Assembly (NCBI GenBank): GCA_022779345.1
Contig: JALFTG010000027.1
Location: forward strand, 10,275 to 74,274
DNA length: 64,000 nucleotides
Reading direction: 5' to 3'
DNA from: Oscillospiraceae bacterium
Lineage (GTDB): Bacteria; Bacillota; Clostridia; Oscillospirales; Oscillospiraceae
The position numbers were made by a program, and so were the translations under genes. Shown in pieces: positions 37,188-46,644 of the stretch. The notes under the pieces are model-generated. The model did no database searches. It was given only the letters and a program-made list of their open reading frames with translations, and was not told where the DNA came from. Position 1 is the first letter of the stretch. The number at the start of each line of letters is the position of its first letter.

Positions 37188-38037
37188 TCTTGTCCACTTC
37201 TTCCTTGATGAGTCTGCCCTCCCGGAGGAGCTCTTCCAGCCGGGGGCGGTCGCCGCCGGCGAGGGCGGCGCGGTATTTGGTGAGGTTATCCATAAAGGTA
37301 TCCAGCTCACTGAGCAGGTAATCCTGATTGTCCAGGAACAGTTCCGCCCACATGGTCTCATTCAGCCAGGCCACGCGGGTCATGTCCTTGTAGCTGCCGG
37401 CGGAGTAGCCCTTGTGTTCCCGGGCGGTGGGACTTTTCACGAAGGCGTTGGACACCACATGGGCCATCTGGGAGGAGAAGGCGATCATGCGGTCGTGATT
37501 CTCCGCGGTGGTGATGGTCACCCGTCCGAACCGGCAGGGGGTCAGCAGGGACTTGATGTGATCAAAAAAGTCGATGTCGTCAAATTCCGGCGGGACGATG
37601 ATCATGGAGGCGTCCTTATACATGGTGGGACGGCTGTATTTGTAGCCGGAGAACTGGGTGCCCGCCATGGGATGCCCGCCCACAAACCGGAAGCCGTGTT
37701 CCTTTGCCAGGGCGAAGCAGGCCTCGCATACCTGCCGCTTGATGCCGCAGGTGTCCATGACGATGGGGCGCTGCCCGATGTACGGGGCCATCTCTTTGAG
37801 ATAGTCAATGGTGGCCTGGGGATACAGGGCGATGATCACCAGATCGCAGGTGCCGATGTTGTCCTTTGACAGTTCCCCGGACACCACGCCGTTCATCTCT
37901 GCCAGTTCCAGGGTGTCCCGGCTGCGGTTCCAGGCCAGGACCGTGTGGCCCGCGGCGGCGTACGCCTTGGCAAAGCTGCCGCCCATCAGGCCCAGACCGA
38001 CCACGCCGACGGTCAGCTGCTGAAAGTCACTCTCCAT
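37168..38037 (-). CDS. tyrA: prephenate dehydrogenase
   Basis: MESDFQQLTVGVVGLGLMGGSFA... Rossmann fold, GGHPMAG. Confidence 0.85.
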   Translation of the reverse strand: MESDFQQLTVGVVGLGLMGGSFAKAYAAAGHTVLAWNRSRDTLELAEMNGVVSGELSKDNIGTCDLVIIALYPQATIDYLKEMAPYIGQRPIVMDTCGIKRQVCEACFALAKEHGFRFVGGHPMAGTQFSGYKYSRPTMYKDASMIIVPPEFDDIDFFDHIKSLLTPCRFGRVTITTAENHDRMIAFSSQMAHVVSNAFVKSPTAREHKGYSAGSYKDMTRVAWLNETMWAELFLDNQDYLLSELDTFMDNLTKYRAALAGGDRPRLEELLREGRLIKEEVDKIDYRSR

Positions 38038-38042
38038 GTCGC

Positions 38043-39050
38043 TCACCCTCTCATGGCCTCCAGGATGCGGCCCACGCTGGCCGTGACCTGATCGAACTGG
38101 TCGGGGGTGAGGGACTGGGCGCCGTCGCACTTGGCATGGGGAGGATCGTTGTGGACCTCGATCATCAGGCCGTCAGCACCCACGGCGGCAGCGCCCATGG
38201 CCATGGTGGGCACCATGCGGCTCAGGCCGGTGGCGTGGCTGGGATCCACGATGATGGGCAGGTGACTCAGCTCATGGACAGCGGGGACGGCGGACAGGTC
38301 CAGGGTGTTGCGGGTGTAAGTCTCGTAGGTGCGGATGCCGCGCTCGCACAGGATGACCTCATGGTTGCCGCCGGCCATGATGTACTCGGCGCTCATGAGC
38401 CACTCCTGGATGGTGTTGGCCAGGCCGCGCTTGAGCAGAATGGGCTTGCGGCAGTGGCCGATCTCTTTCAGAAGCTCGAAGTTCTGCATATTCCGGGCAC
38501 CGATCTGGATGATGTCGATATCATCGAACAGGTCCAGGTGCTTGATGTCCATCAGTTCGGTGACGATGGGCAGGCCGGTCTCTTTCTTGGCCTCCAGCAG
38601 CAGGCGGATGCCTTCCTCGCCCATGCCCTGGAAGGAGTAGGGGGAGGTGCGGGGCTTGAACGCGCCGCCGCGCAGGATCTGGGCACCGGCGGCCTTCACC
38701 CGCTGGGCGCAGTAGATGATCTGTTCTTCGCTCTCCACGGAGCAGGGGCCGGCCATGTAGACGAAGTTGCCGCCGCCGATCTTCGTGCCGTTTTTCAGTG
38801 TAATGACGGTGTCATCGGGGTGGAACTTCCGGTTGGCCTGCTTGAAGGGCTCGGAAACCCGTTTTACAGATTCCACAATGTCCAGGGCCTCGATCAGCTC
38901 GGTGTCGATCTTGCTCACATCGCCCACCAGACCCATGATGGTGATATCGGTGCCTCTGGAGATGTCGGGTTCCACGCCCTTGGCCTTGAACCAGTTGCTC
39001 AGGTTCTCAATCTGTTTTTCGGATGCGCCTTGTTTCAGAACTACGATCAT
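38043..39050 (-). CDS. aroF: 3-deoxy-7-phosphoheptulonate synthase (type I-beta with N-terminal ferredoxin-like extension)
   Basis: MIVVLKQGASEKQI.. then GPCSVES...GAFKPRTSPYSFQG. GGGAGG RBS. Confidence 0.9.
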   Translation of the reverse strand: MIVVLKQGASEKQIENLSNWFKAKGVEPDISRGTDITIMGLVGDVSKIDTELIEALDIVESVKRVSEPFKQANRKFHPDDTVITLKNGTKIGGGNFVYMAGPCSVESEEQIIYCAQRVKAAGAQILRGGAFKPRTSPYSFQGMGEEGIRLLLEAKKETGLPIVTELMDIKHLDLFDDIDIIQIGARNMQNFELLKEIGHCRKPILLKRGLANTIQEWLMSAEYIMAGGNHEVILCERGIRTYETYTRNTLDLSAVPAVHELSHLPIIVDPSHATGLSRMVPTMAMGAAAVGADGLMIEVHNDPPHAKCDGAQSLTPDQFDQVTASVGRILEAMRG

Positions 39051-39065
39051 GTCTGTTTCCTCCCT

Positions 39066-39106
39066 GAAAAAAATCAAGCCGTACAGCGATCATGCTGTAC
39101 GGCTTC
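39066..39106 (-). terminator. attenuator terminator in the aro operon leader
   Basis: Minus strand: AAGCCGTACAGC-ATGATC-GCTGTACGGCTT (12-bp stem) followed by GATTTTTTT, ending 13 nt before the aroF RBS. Confidence 0.7.
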
Positions 39107-39140
39107 TTACTTTCTGTGTGTTGAGTCTGAGGTCCGTATT

Positions 39141-39221
39141 TTATGCAGCACAAATCGCTATTACTTTGTTCTTCGTAAAGTAATAGGTAAAGTATGCATA
39201 AAAGTAAGAAACGAACTTCAT
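39141..39221 (-). CDS. Phe/Tyr-rich leader peptide (26 aa: MKFVSYFYAYFTYYFTKNKVIAICAA)
   Basis: ATG lies 8 nt after AAAAGGAG. Nine of codons 3-15 are Phe (4) or Tyr (5). Sits between the promoter and the terminator upstream of aroF. Confidence 0.6.
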   Translation of the reverse strand: MKFVSYFYAYFTYYFTKNKVIAICAA

Positions 39222-39251
39222 GGAATGGACTCCTTTTGATTTGCTGGAACT

Positions 39252-39280
39252 AAGATACACCAAACATCGGGTCTTGTCAA
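39252..39280 (-). promoter_or_regulatory. sigma-70-type promoter of the aro leader
   Basis: Minus strand: TTGACA (39280-39275), 17 nt, TATCTT (39257-39252). Confidence 0.55.
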
Positions 39281-39366
39281 CACTTTTTATCACTTTGCAG
39301 TAAGAAAGTTTTTTCAATCCCGCCGCCAGGCATCCTCTTTGACCTGCTTCAGCAAGTCCTGCAGGC

Positions 39367-40437
39367 TTACCGATGATCTTTAAAAACCCACTCCCGCTGG
39401 ATGGTGAAGCTGATGAAGAACAGGCAGGTGTCCACCACCACTTTCAGAAGGGTGGCAATGATCTTGCTGCCCGGGGCGATGAAGCGGTCCAGCAGGGACA
39501 CCAGCAGGGCGGACACCAGCATCTGGGGCACCGCCAGAGCGTAGTACCGGAACAGGTTTTTCCCATATCTGCCGCCACTGCCGAACACCACTTTCCGGTT
39601 CATATTGAAGTTCCAGAAAGAGGACACCGCCCGGGCCAGCACCGTGGCCCACAGAATCTGATACGGTGACCGGGGCAGCACCGTCAGCAGCACATAGAAC
39701 ATGGCAAGATCCACCGCCGTGGCGGACAGGGAGGAGGCCATGAACACGAAGATCAGCTTCAGGATCTTCAGGGAGTCCACGATGGGGCGGAAATGGGTGC
39801 CCTCGTTCTGCCCGTCATACACCGTCTCAATGGGCACTTCCAGAAAGCCGATGCCCAGCCGCTTCATGGTCAGCAGCATATTCGTCTCGTACTCAAACCG
39901 CTCCCCCTTCACCTGACAGAATCCGGCCAGATACTGCCGGGGGATGGCCCGCAGGCCGGTCTGGGTGTCCGACAGGCGGATACCGCAGCCGATGCGGAAC
40001 AGGGCGGAGGTGAATTTGTTCCCGGAGCGGCTTTTCGGCGGTACCTGGGGGGCATTGAAATCCCGGCAGCCCAGAATCACCTGATCCGGGTGCTCCAGCA
40101 TCGTCCGGGCGCAGGCGATGATGTCCTTCGTCCGGTGCTGCCCGTCCCCATCGATGGTGACGGCGCCTCTGGAATGGGGACGATGGGCAAGCAGGTATTC
40201 AAAGGCCGTTTTCAGCGCCCGGCCCTTGCCCCGGTTGACCGTATGGGTCAGCACCGTGCAGCCGGGCAGGGCGGCCGCTTTTTCGAACCAGACCAGCCGG
40301 TCCGGATCACTGCCGTCATTCACAATGAGAATATCCGTAAAGCCTGCGTCCGCCAGCTCCGTGACCACCCGGAGGAATTTTTCATCCGGGTTCAGGGAGG
40401 GCAGGACGACGGTGATATCCGTTCGGTAATCTGCCAT
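39367..40437 (-). CDS. family 2 glycosyltransferase fused to a GtrA-like membrane domain
   Basis: ITVVLPSLNPDEKF...IVNDGSD (GT2). C-terminus has 4 TM helices of GtrA type. Confidence 0.8.
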   Translation of the reverse strand: MADYRTDITVVLPSLNPDEKFLRVVTELADAGFTDILIVNDGSDPDRLVWFEKAAALPGCTVLTHTVNRGKGRALKTAFEYLLAHRPHSRGAVTIDGDGQHRTKDIIACARTMLEHPDQVILGCRDFNAPQVPPKSRSGNKFTSALFRIGCGIRLSDTQTGLRAIPRQYLAGFCQVKGERFEYETNMLLTMKRLGIGFLEVPIETVYDGQNEGTHFRPIVDSLKILKLIFVFMASSLSATAVDLAMFYVLLTVLPRSPYQILWATVLARAVSSFWNFNMNRKVVFGSGGRYGKNLFRYYALAVPQMLVSALLVSLLDRFIAPGSKIIATLLKVVVDTCLFFISFTIQREWVFKDHR

Positions 40438-40447
40438 AACAGTTTCC

Positions 40448-41506
40448 TCAGAACAGTTTCATGTTGGCCACCCGCCAGCCGGAGGCGGTCTCCGTCAGGA
40501 GGATGCACATCTCATTTTCCGTGGCGCCGGTGCCAGAGGTGAGGGTATAGCGGGCATCGCACAGCACGGCGGAGCCGAAATACCGGAAGTTCTCCAGGGT
40601 CAGGCCGCTCATGGAGGCGGTGACGCCCTGGACCCAGCTCAGGCCGTCCTGGGCGGCGGTCATCCGCTGAGACAGGGCGCTGCCGGGGATCAGATAACTT
40701 TGCACCTCGCCAGGCTCCTCCACCGCATGGGAGGTGAAGGCGATGTAGGCGGTGACAAAGTTTTGGGCATAGCTCCGCAGCACCGGTTCCAGCTCCGCCG
40801 GGAACACCTGGGATACGGACACCGTGCCGTCCTCCCCGGTCTCCACCAGACAGGGATGGCCCGCGGCGTCAGCGGCAGTGACCTCCGCCGGACCGTACAG
40901 GTCGGTCACCGTGTAGGTGACGATGCCTTCCGCATCCGCCAGATCGTCCGCGAATTCCGCCAGATCCGGATGCAGTCCCCCGGCCTGGGCGTCCGCGGCG
41001 TTCAGCGCCGCTCCGTTCACGGACACCTCCGCCCCCTCCGGGGCCAGAATGGTCAGTGTGGAGGCGCAGGCGGAGAAATCCCACGCCGGTTCCCCGGCGC
41101 TCCAGGTGTTCATGCCGAATTTTCCGTCACCGGCAACCAGTGCCAGCGTCCCCACCGGCTCCGTGCCGGCCCGGAGGGTATAGACCGGGGCCGAATCGGT
41201 GTATGTGCCCACGGCTTTCCGGTAAGTGACCGGGGCGTCTTCCAGCTGTCCAGTCAGATCGTCCGCAATGGACTGGGCGGACTGCCGGGCGCTGGCGTGC
41301 TCCTCCGCCCAGCGGGCAATGCCACCGGACAGGGCGTCGTCGCTCCGGGTTTCTATCCACGCATCCATGGTGCCCTCGGGGCGGGCTGCCTCATAGGCGG
41401 CCATATACTGCCAGAACACCGCCAGACCCACGGCGATCACCGCCAGCATCACCAGAATATAAATGAGCAGTCCTTTCCAGAACCGGTTTTTTCGTTTCGT
41501 TTCCAT
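40448..41506 (-). CDS. membrane-anchored hypothetical protein
   Basis: METKRKNRFWKGLLIYILVMLAVIAVGLAVFW, preceded by GAGGAGGAG. Confidence 0.6.
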   Translation of the reverse strand: METKRKNRFWKGLLIYILVMLAVIAVGLAVFWQYMAAYEAARPEGTMDAWIETRSDDALSGGIARWAEEHASARQSAQSIADDLTGQLEDAPVTYRKAVGTYTDSAPVYTLRAGTEPVGTLALVAGDGKFGMNTWSAGEPAWDFSACASTLTILAPEGAEVSVNGAALNAADAQAGGLHPDLAEFADDLADAEGIVTYTVTDLYGPAEVTAADAAGHPCLVETGEDGTVSVSQVFPAELEPVLRSYAQNFVTAYIAFTSHAVEEPGEVQSYLIPGSALSQRMTAAQDGLSWVQGVTASMSGLTLENFRYFGSAVLCDARYTLTSGTGATENEMCILLTETASGWRVANMKLF

Positions 41507-41517
41507 GGCTCTCCTCC

Positions 41518-42540
41518 TCACTTCACCAGAAATCCCGTGGGGATGGGCCGGATGCCGATGACGGAGGCACAGCGGTTCACATAGCCGTCCTCAAACCACA
41601 TCATGGAGGAGGAGCCGCCGTCCAGATTGCAGGCGTTCACCGCCCCGTATTCCAGCATGATGTCCGCCAGATCGGAGAAGGTGGCCCCCAGACTGTAGGC
41701 CTGGCGGCCGTCCACCACCAGCAGCAGCACGGCGCCGTCGGCACGCTGGCCGATGGCGGTGCGGGGATTCACCCCGGAGGCGAGGGTTGTGGTGTCCAGC
41801 GGCTCCCCGTTGGACACCAGCACCGGACCGAAGGAGCAGCCGAACTGAATATCCTTCTCCGTGGCCTCCTCCGCCGTCATCTGACCGGTGTGGAGGATGT
41901 AATTGCTGTCAAAGCCCACAAAATTATAGGAGGTGCCCTCACTGGCGTAATAGACCCTGCCGTCCAGAATGGCCATGCCTTCGGGGATGCCGCCGGTGCC
42001 CTGGCCGTTGGGATCATAGAAGCCGCCGCCGTTGATGCCCGCCACGCAGTCATAGGTTTTCACCATCTGCTCCACGGTCAGACCCGTGCCGCCGAAGGTG
42101 GAGGGGGTGCCCAGCATGATCCGGGACGGGTCCAGCACCACCATCATGTAGCCCACATAGCCCGGGCCGTTCACCGTCTCCAGAATGATGCCGTCCCCGT
42201 CATCGTCCGTCAGGCCGTAGTCATCCGTGCCGGTGCCCACCTGGACCAGGGAGGGATCCGTCTCCTCCGCGTCCGCCCCGGCGGTTTTCCCGGCCTCAAT
42301 GATGGCAATCTCCTCGTCGGAGAAGTACAGATTCGCCAGCCAGCCCATGGCGCTGGTCTCCCGCACGCTCATGACGAACAGATCCCGGGCCGTGGGACTG
42401 GGGCCTTTTGTCAGGACGAACATGACCCCGTACAGGGCCAGCACCAGCAGCAGCGCCGTCACCAGCACCACCGTCAGTGTCCGGCCCAGAAATTTCAGCG
42501 CCCGCTTCCCGGAGGCGGGGCGGTTTTCAGTGGTTTTCAT
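41518..42540 (-). CDS. phosphodiester glycosidase family protein (DUF2233-like)
   Basis: N-terminal TM, ..AGINGGGFYDPNG.. and ..NLDGGSSS.. motifs. Confidence 0.75.
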   Translation of the reverse strand: MKTTENRPASGKRALKFLGRTLTVVLVTALLLVLALYGVMFVLTKGPSPTARDLFVMSVRETSAMGWLANLYFSDEEIAIIEAGKTAGADAEETDPSLVQVGTGTDDYGLTDDDGDGIILETVNGPGYVGYMMVVLDPSRIMLGTPSTFGGTGLTVEQMVKTYDCVAGINGGGFYDPNGQGTGGIPEGMAILDGRVYYASEGTSYNFVGFDSNYILHTGQMTAEEATEKDIQFGCSFGPVLVSNGEPLDTTTLASGVNPRTAIGQRADGAVLLLVVDGRQAYSLGATFSDLADIMLEYGAVNACNLDGGSSSMMWFEDGYVNRCASVIGIRPIPTGFLVK

Positions 42541-42755
42541 GGTTTTTGCAGAGTTTCCTTTCTCGTGAGATGTACCGGACAAGTTCCGGTACAATCACAT
42601 TTTAGCATCGGAAGCAGGGAATCACAAGTGCTGTTTTCGACGCTTTTCGGGAAAACCGGTTGTTTTCCACGGAAAACCGGACTATAATATTCTGTTGTAA
42701 TTTTTACGGAAACTTCACGCATTGTTTGCGTTTCAAAAGTAAAGGAGGCACTGCA

Positions 42756-45014
42756 TTGAATCCTGCTGATCCGCAGATGCGGCGGGAAACTGTCCGCTCC
42801 CTGCTGGCCGGGGCGGTGTTCTGGTTCGTGACGCTGCTGTATCTGGAGACTGTGCTCCATGTGATCATCTTCGGAGGACTCACCCTCCGGTATCTGTATC
42901 TGATGGGCTTCACCGCGGTGATTGCCCTGGTCCTGGCGGGTCTGATGCTGTTCACCCGGCGGATCAATGCCAATCTGGCCACAGTGCTGGTGACGGCGCT
43001 GAGCGTGGTGTATGCGTCCGAAATCGTGTACTACCACATTTTCGGCTCCCTGTATTCCCTGTCCATGATCTCCCTGGGCGGCGACGCGGTGACGGCCTTC
43101 TGGAAGGAGACGCTGCTGACCATCCGGGAGCATCTGCCTTCCCTGATCCTGACCATTCTGCCCATCCCGGCGGTGTGCCTGGTGCGGAAGTTTTTCGGGG
43201 ACACGGTGTTTGCCCCGGTGCGGAAGCCCCGGCTGCTGTTGCTGGTGCTGGCCGCGGCGGTACACCTCGTGCTGCTGCTGACCCTGCACATCGGCGGCAC
43301 GGGCTTTTTTACCGTGTACAGCGTCTATCACGGCAGCGATGCCACCATCGGCCAGACCACGGACACCTTCGGCCTGGCCACCGCCTGGCGGCTGGAACTG
43401 CAGCATATGCTCCGGGGGGATACGGCCACGGAGACGGGGTATTTCGTGGAACCGGACGCCGGGTTGGAGCAGACAGAGACGGAGTACGGCTGGAATGTGC
43501 TGGACATCGATTTTGACGCTCTGAACGCGCTCACCGACGACGAAAAGGTCCGGGCCCTGAACGACTACTGTGCCTCCCTCACCGGCACCCGGAAAAATGA
43601 ATATACCGGGATGCTGAAGGACTATAACCTGATCGTCCTGTGCGCTGAGTCCTTCTCCACTGCAGCCATCGATCCGGAACTGACCCCTACCTTATATAAA
43701 TTGTCCCACGAGGGCATCGTGTTCAACAACTATTATAATACATACCCCAACACCACCACGGACGGGGAGTACTCCCTGTGCATGGGCCTGTTCCCGGACA
43801 CCACCCGGGGCAAGACGGCTTCCAGCTTCTATGCCTCCCGGGACAGCTACCTGCCCCTGTGCCTGGGCAATCTGTTTTCCCAGCAGCGGGGCATCCAGAG
43901 CTACGGCTACCACAACTATTACGGCAGCTATTACGGCCGGTATCTCACCCATCCCAACATGGGCTATCAGATGAAGTTCGCCGGGCAGGGCATGACCTTC
44001 ACCACCTCCTGGCCTGCTTCCGACCTGGAGATGCTGGAGCAGTCCCTGCCGGATTACCTGTCACAGGATCAGTTCCACGCCTATTACATGACCTTCTCCG
44101 GCCACTATAAATACAACACCTCCGTCAATCCCATGGCGGAGCGGAACTACGCACAGGTGAAGGACCTGCCATATTCCGAGGCGGGCAAGTGCTATCTCAG
44201 CTGCAACATCGAGCTGGAAAAGGCCATGGCCTACCTCATGGATCAGCTGGAGCAGGCCGGAGTGGCGGACCGCACCGCCATCGTCCTGGCCGGGGACCAC
44301 TATCCTTACGGCCTGACCGACGATGAGTATGACGAGCTGATCGGCCATGAGACCGGCTACTTTGAGCGGTACAAGGACACGCTGATTTTCTGGGTGGGCG
44401 GTCTGGAGGAACCCATTGTGGTGGACGAATACTGCTGCAATGTGGACATCCTGCCCACGATCCTGAACCTGTGGGGCTTCGACTATGACTCCCGTCTGCT
44501 GGCGGGCACGGATGTGTTCTCCGGCGGCACCCACGCCGCCATTCTCATCGACCAAAGCTTCCTGACGGAGCGGGTGTGGTTCAATGCCAACACCAACACC
44601 GCCACCTGGCTGGGGGAGGAGGATGACGCCTATCTCCAGAGCATGATCCGGCTGGTGAAAAACAAATTCTCCTTCTCCACGGATATTCTGAACACTGCGT
44701 ACTATAATTTCGTGTTCGATCAGGGGACCGTCACCATCAATACGGACGGCTGGATCACCGAAGAGGAGTGGAACGGCACCGCCACGACCACGGACGATCA
44801 GTCCGGGACGGAGGAGACGCAGGACCCGCCGTCCGAAGAACTCCCGCCGGAGGAACCCGTTGACGGGGAAGTGCCTGCGGAGGACACCGGTGTGCCGGAG
44901 GAGCAGCCGCCGGTTGAGGAGCCGCCTGTGGACGGGGAAGCCCCGGCGGAGGACACCGGTGCGCCGGACGCAGTTCCTGTGGAAGACGGGGAAGCGGCGG
45001 ATGAGACCGCGTGA
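42756..45014 (+). CDS. LTA synthase family (sulfatase-domain) membrane protein with acidic repeat tail
   Basis: TTG start 7 nt after AAAGGAGG. N-terminal TM helices, an extracellular sulfatase-like domain, and a tail with EEP(P)VDGE(V/A)PAEDTG(V/A)P twice. Confidence 0.8.
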   Translation: MNPADPQMRRETVRSLLAGAVFWFVTLLYLETVLHVIIFGGLTLRYLYLMGFTAVIALVLAGLMLFTRRINANLATVLVTALSVVYASEIVYYHIFGSLYSLSMISLGGDAVTAFWKETLLTIREHLPSLILTILPIPAVCLVRKFFGDTVFAPVRKPRLLLLVLAAAVHLVLLLTLHIGGTGFFTVYSVYHGSDATIGQTTDTFGLATAWRLELQHMLRGDTATETGYFVEPDAGLEQTETEYGWNVLDIDFDALNALTDDEKVRALNDYCASLTGTRKNEYTGMLKDYNLIVLCAESFSTAAIDPELTPTLYKLSHEGIVFNNYYNTYPNTTTDGEYSLCMGLFPDTTRGKTASSFYASRDSYLPLCLGNLFSQQRGIQSYGYHNYYGSYYGRYLTHPNMGYQMKFAGQGMTFTTSWPASDLEMLEQSLPDYLSQDQFHAYYMTFSGHYKYNTSVNPMAERNYAQVKDLPYSEAGKCYLSCNIELEKAMAYLMDQLEQAGVADRTAIVLAGDHYPYGLTDDEYDELIGHETGYFERYKDTLIFWVGGLEEPIVVDEYCCNVDILPTILNLWGFDYDSRLLAGTDVFSGGTHAAILIDQSFLTERVWFNANTNTATWLGEEDDAYLQSMIRLVKNKFSFSTDILNTAYYNFVFDQGTVTINTDGWITEEEWNGTATTTDDQSGTEETQDPPSEELPPEEPVDGEVPAEDTGVPEEQPPVEEPPVDGEAPAEDTGAPDAVPVEDGEAADETA

Positions 45015-45352
45015 GCCGGGCCATGTACTATGTCTATATCCTCCGGTGCACCGGAGATCAGCTCTACACGGGTATTACCACGGATGTGACCCGGCGGGTG
45101 CGCCAGCATCTGGGACAGATCAGGGGCGGCGCCAAATACACCGCCAGCCATCCGCCCCGGGCCATCGCCATGGTGTGGCAGGCCCCGGATCAGCCTGCCG
45201 CCGCCAGACTGGAGCGGGCCGTCAAGGGCCTGAAGCGCCGGGACAAGGACCGGCTCCTGGCCGATCCCGCCCTGCTGGGAACACTGTGCCCGTCGGTGGA
45301 ACCGGGAATCTATGCTCCCCGCCCGGATCTGACAGCGGAAACCATCGAATAA
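45011..45352 (+). CDS. GIY-YIG nuclease family protein
   Basis: MYYVYILRCTGDQLYTGITTDVTRR. GTG at 45011 (GTGA overlap) or ATG at 45023. Confidence 0.75.
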   Translation: MSRAMYYVYILRCTGDQLYTGITTDVTRRVRQHLGQIRGGAKYTASHPPRAIAMVWQAPDQPAAARLERAVKGLKRRDKDRLLADPALLGTLCPSVEPGIYAPRPDLTAETIE

Positions 45353-45359
45353 CAGAAAC

Positions 45360-45396
45360 AAATACCGCTTCGGCCGTATGGCCGGAGCGGTATTTT
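45360..45396 (+). terminator. intrinsic terminator
   Basis: AAATACCGCTTCGGCC-GTAT-GGCCGGAGCGGTATTTT. Confidence 0.7.
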
Positions 45397-45493
45397 GTAT
45401 TTCACAGCAGTCTGACCCAAAGGGGACAGGCTTTTTTCACCGTTTTTAGACAAATTTTCCATAGAAATACTCTATGGATTCCAAAAATTTTCT

Positions 45494-46402
45494 TTATACC
45501 CCCGCCGTTTCCGGGGTGGCGAAGGGACTGCGGGACAGGACGAACTGTTTGAAATCCTCCACCACCGGGGACTGGGTCAGGGAGGGGTCCGTGACCATAT
45601 AGAACCGCCGGTCTGGCACCGGCCGGGCGATCTGGAGGATCTTCACATTCAGCCGCAGGAGCATCTCCATATAGGGCACGATGGCGATGCCGAACCCGTG
45701 GGACACCATGCCGGCCACCACCTGGTCCTCCTGAATCTCATAGGCGGTGGGGGGCGTTTCGTCCCCGATCTGCTTGAACAGATCGTCCACCACATACCGC
45801 AGGCCGGAGCCGGGGGCGAACTTCACATAGGGTTCGGAGAGGGTGTCCGCCAGGTCAATGCTGTGGTATTTCGCCAGGGGGTGGTCCGACGGCACGATCA
45901 GCACCAGGTCCTGCCGGGTGACGGGCTGACACAGGAACCGGTAACTCTCCGGAGCCTCGGAACTGAACACAATGTCCAATTCCCGGCGCTTCAATTTGTC
46001 CAAAAGTGCATAAGTCACATCCGTGTGAAAGGTGAAATCGATCTGTTTGTCCGGCCGGGCGGCGATGAAATCTGCGGCCAGCCGGGGCACATAGTCCACG
46101 CCCAGCGTCCGCAGCAGACCCAGCCGGATCAGGCCGTTGCCCTGGGCGCACCGGTGGAGATAGTCCACGCTCTCGTCCAGAATTTCCAGGGACTGTTCCA
46201 CGCTTTCCAGAAACCGTTCGCCGAATACAGTCAGCTCCACATTCCGGTTTCCCTTCTCAAACAGGGGGACGCCCAGCTCCCGCTCCAGCTGGGAAATGGC
46301 ATGGCTCAGGCTGGGCTGGGTGATATACAGCTGTTCCGCCGCCCGGGTGAAGTGCCGGGTATGGGCCAGCTGGACGAAATATCGCAGATGGGACAAATTC
46401 AC
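45494..46402 (-). CDS. LysR-family transcriptional regulator
   Basis: ..LSHLRYFVQLAHTRHFTRAAEQLYITQPSLSHAISQLE... GTG at 46402, 6 nt after GAAGGAGGG (alternative ATG at 46423). Divergent from the hydroaromatic locus. Confidence 0.85.
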   Translation of the reverse strand: MNLSHLRYFVQLAHTRHFTRAAEQLYITQPSLSHAISQLERELGVPLFEKGNRNVELTVFGERFLESVEQSLEILDESVDYLHRCAQGNGLIRLGLLRTLGVDYVPRLAADFIAARPDKQIDFTFHTDVTYALLDKLKRRELDIVFSSEAPESYRFLCQPVTRQDLVLIVPSDHPLAKYHSIDLADTLSEPYVKFAPGSGLRYVVDDLFKQIGDETPPTAYEIQEDQVVAGMVSHGFGIAIVPYMEMLLRLNVKILQIARPVPDRRFYMVTDPSLTQSPVVEDFKQFVLSRSPFATPETAGV

Positions 46403-46644
46403 AAAATTCCCTCCTTCAGACATGGTTCTCTATGTCATTTTTATCACAATGCTTGGCTTGATTATAGCACAGAAAATAGAGGAAATCTATAAAATTATAA
46501 AATTTATTGATTTGTTAATTGTCAAACGAAGTGGTACAGTAGGGCCAGACAAAGCAAAAGGCCGCCGGCGGGTCCGGAACACCGCCGCGGACCTTCCAGG
46601 CATCCCGGGTGCGTGGAACCAAAACTGTGAGAGGAGCGCAAGCT

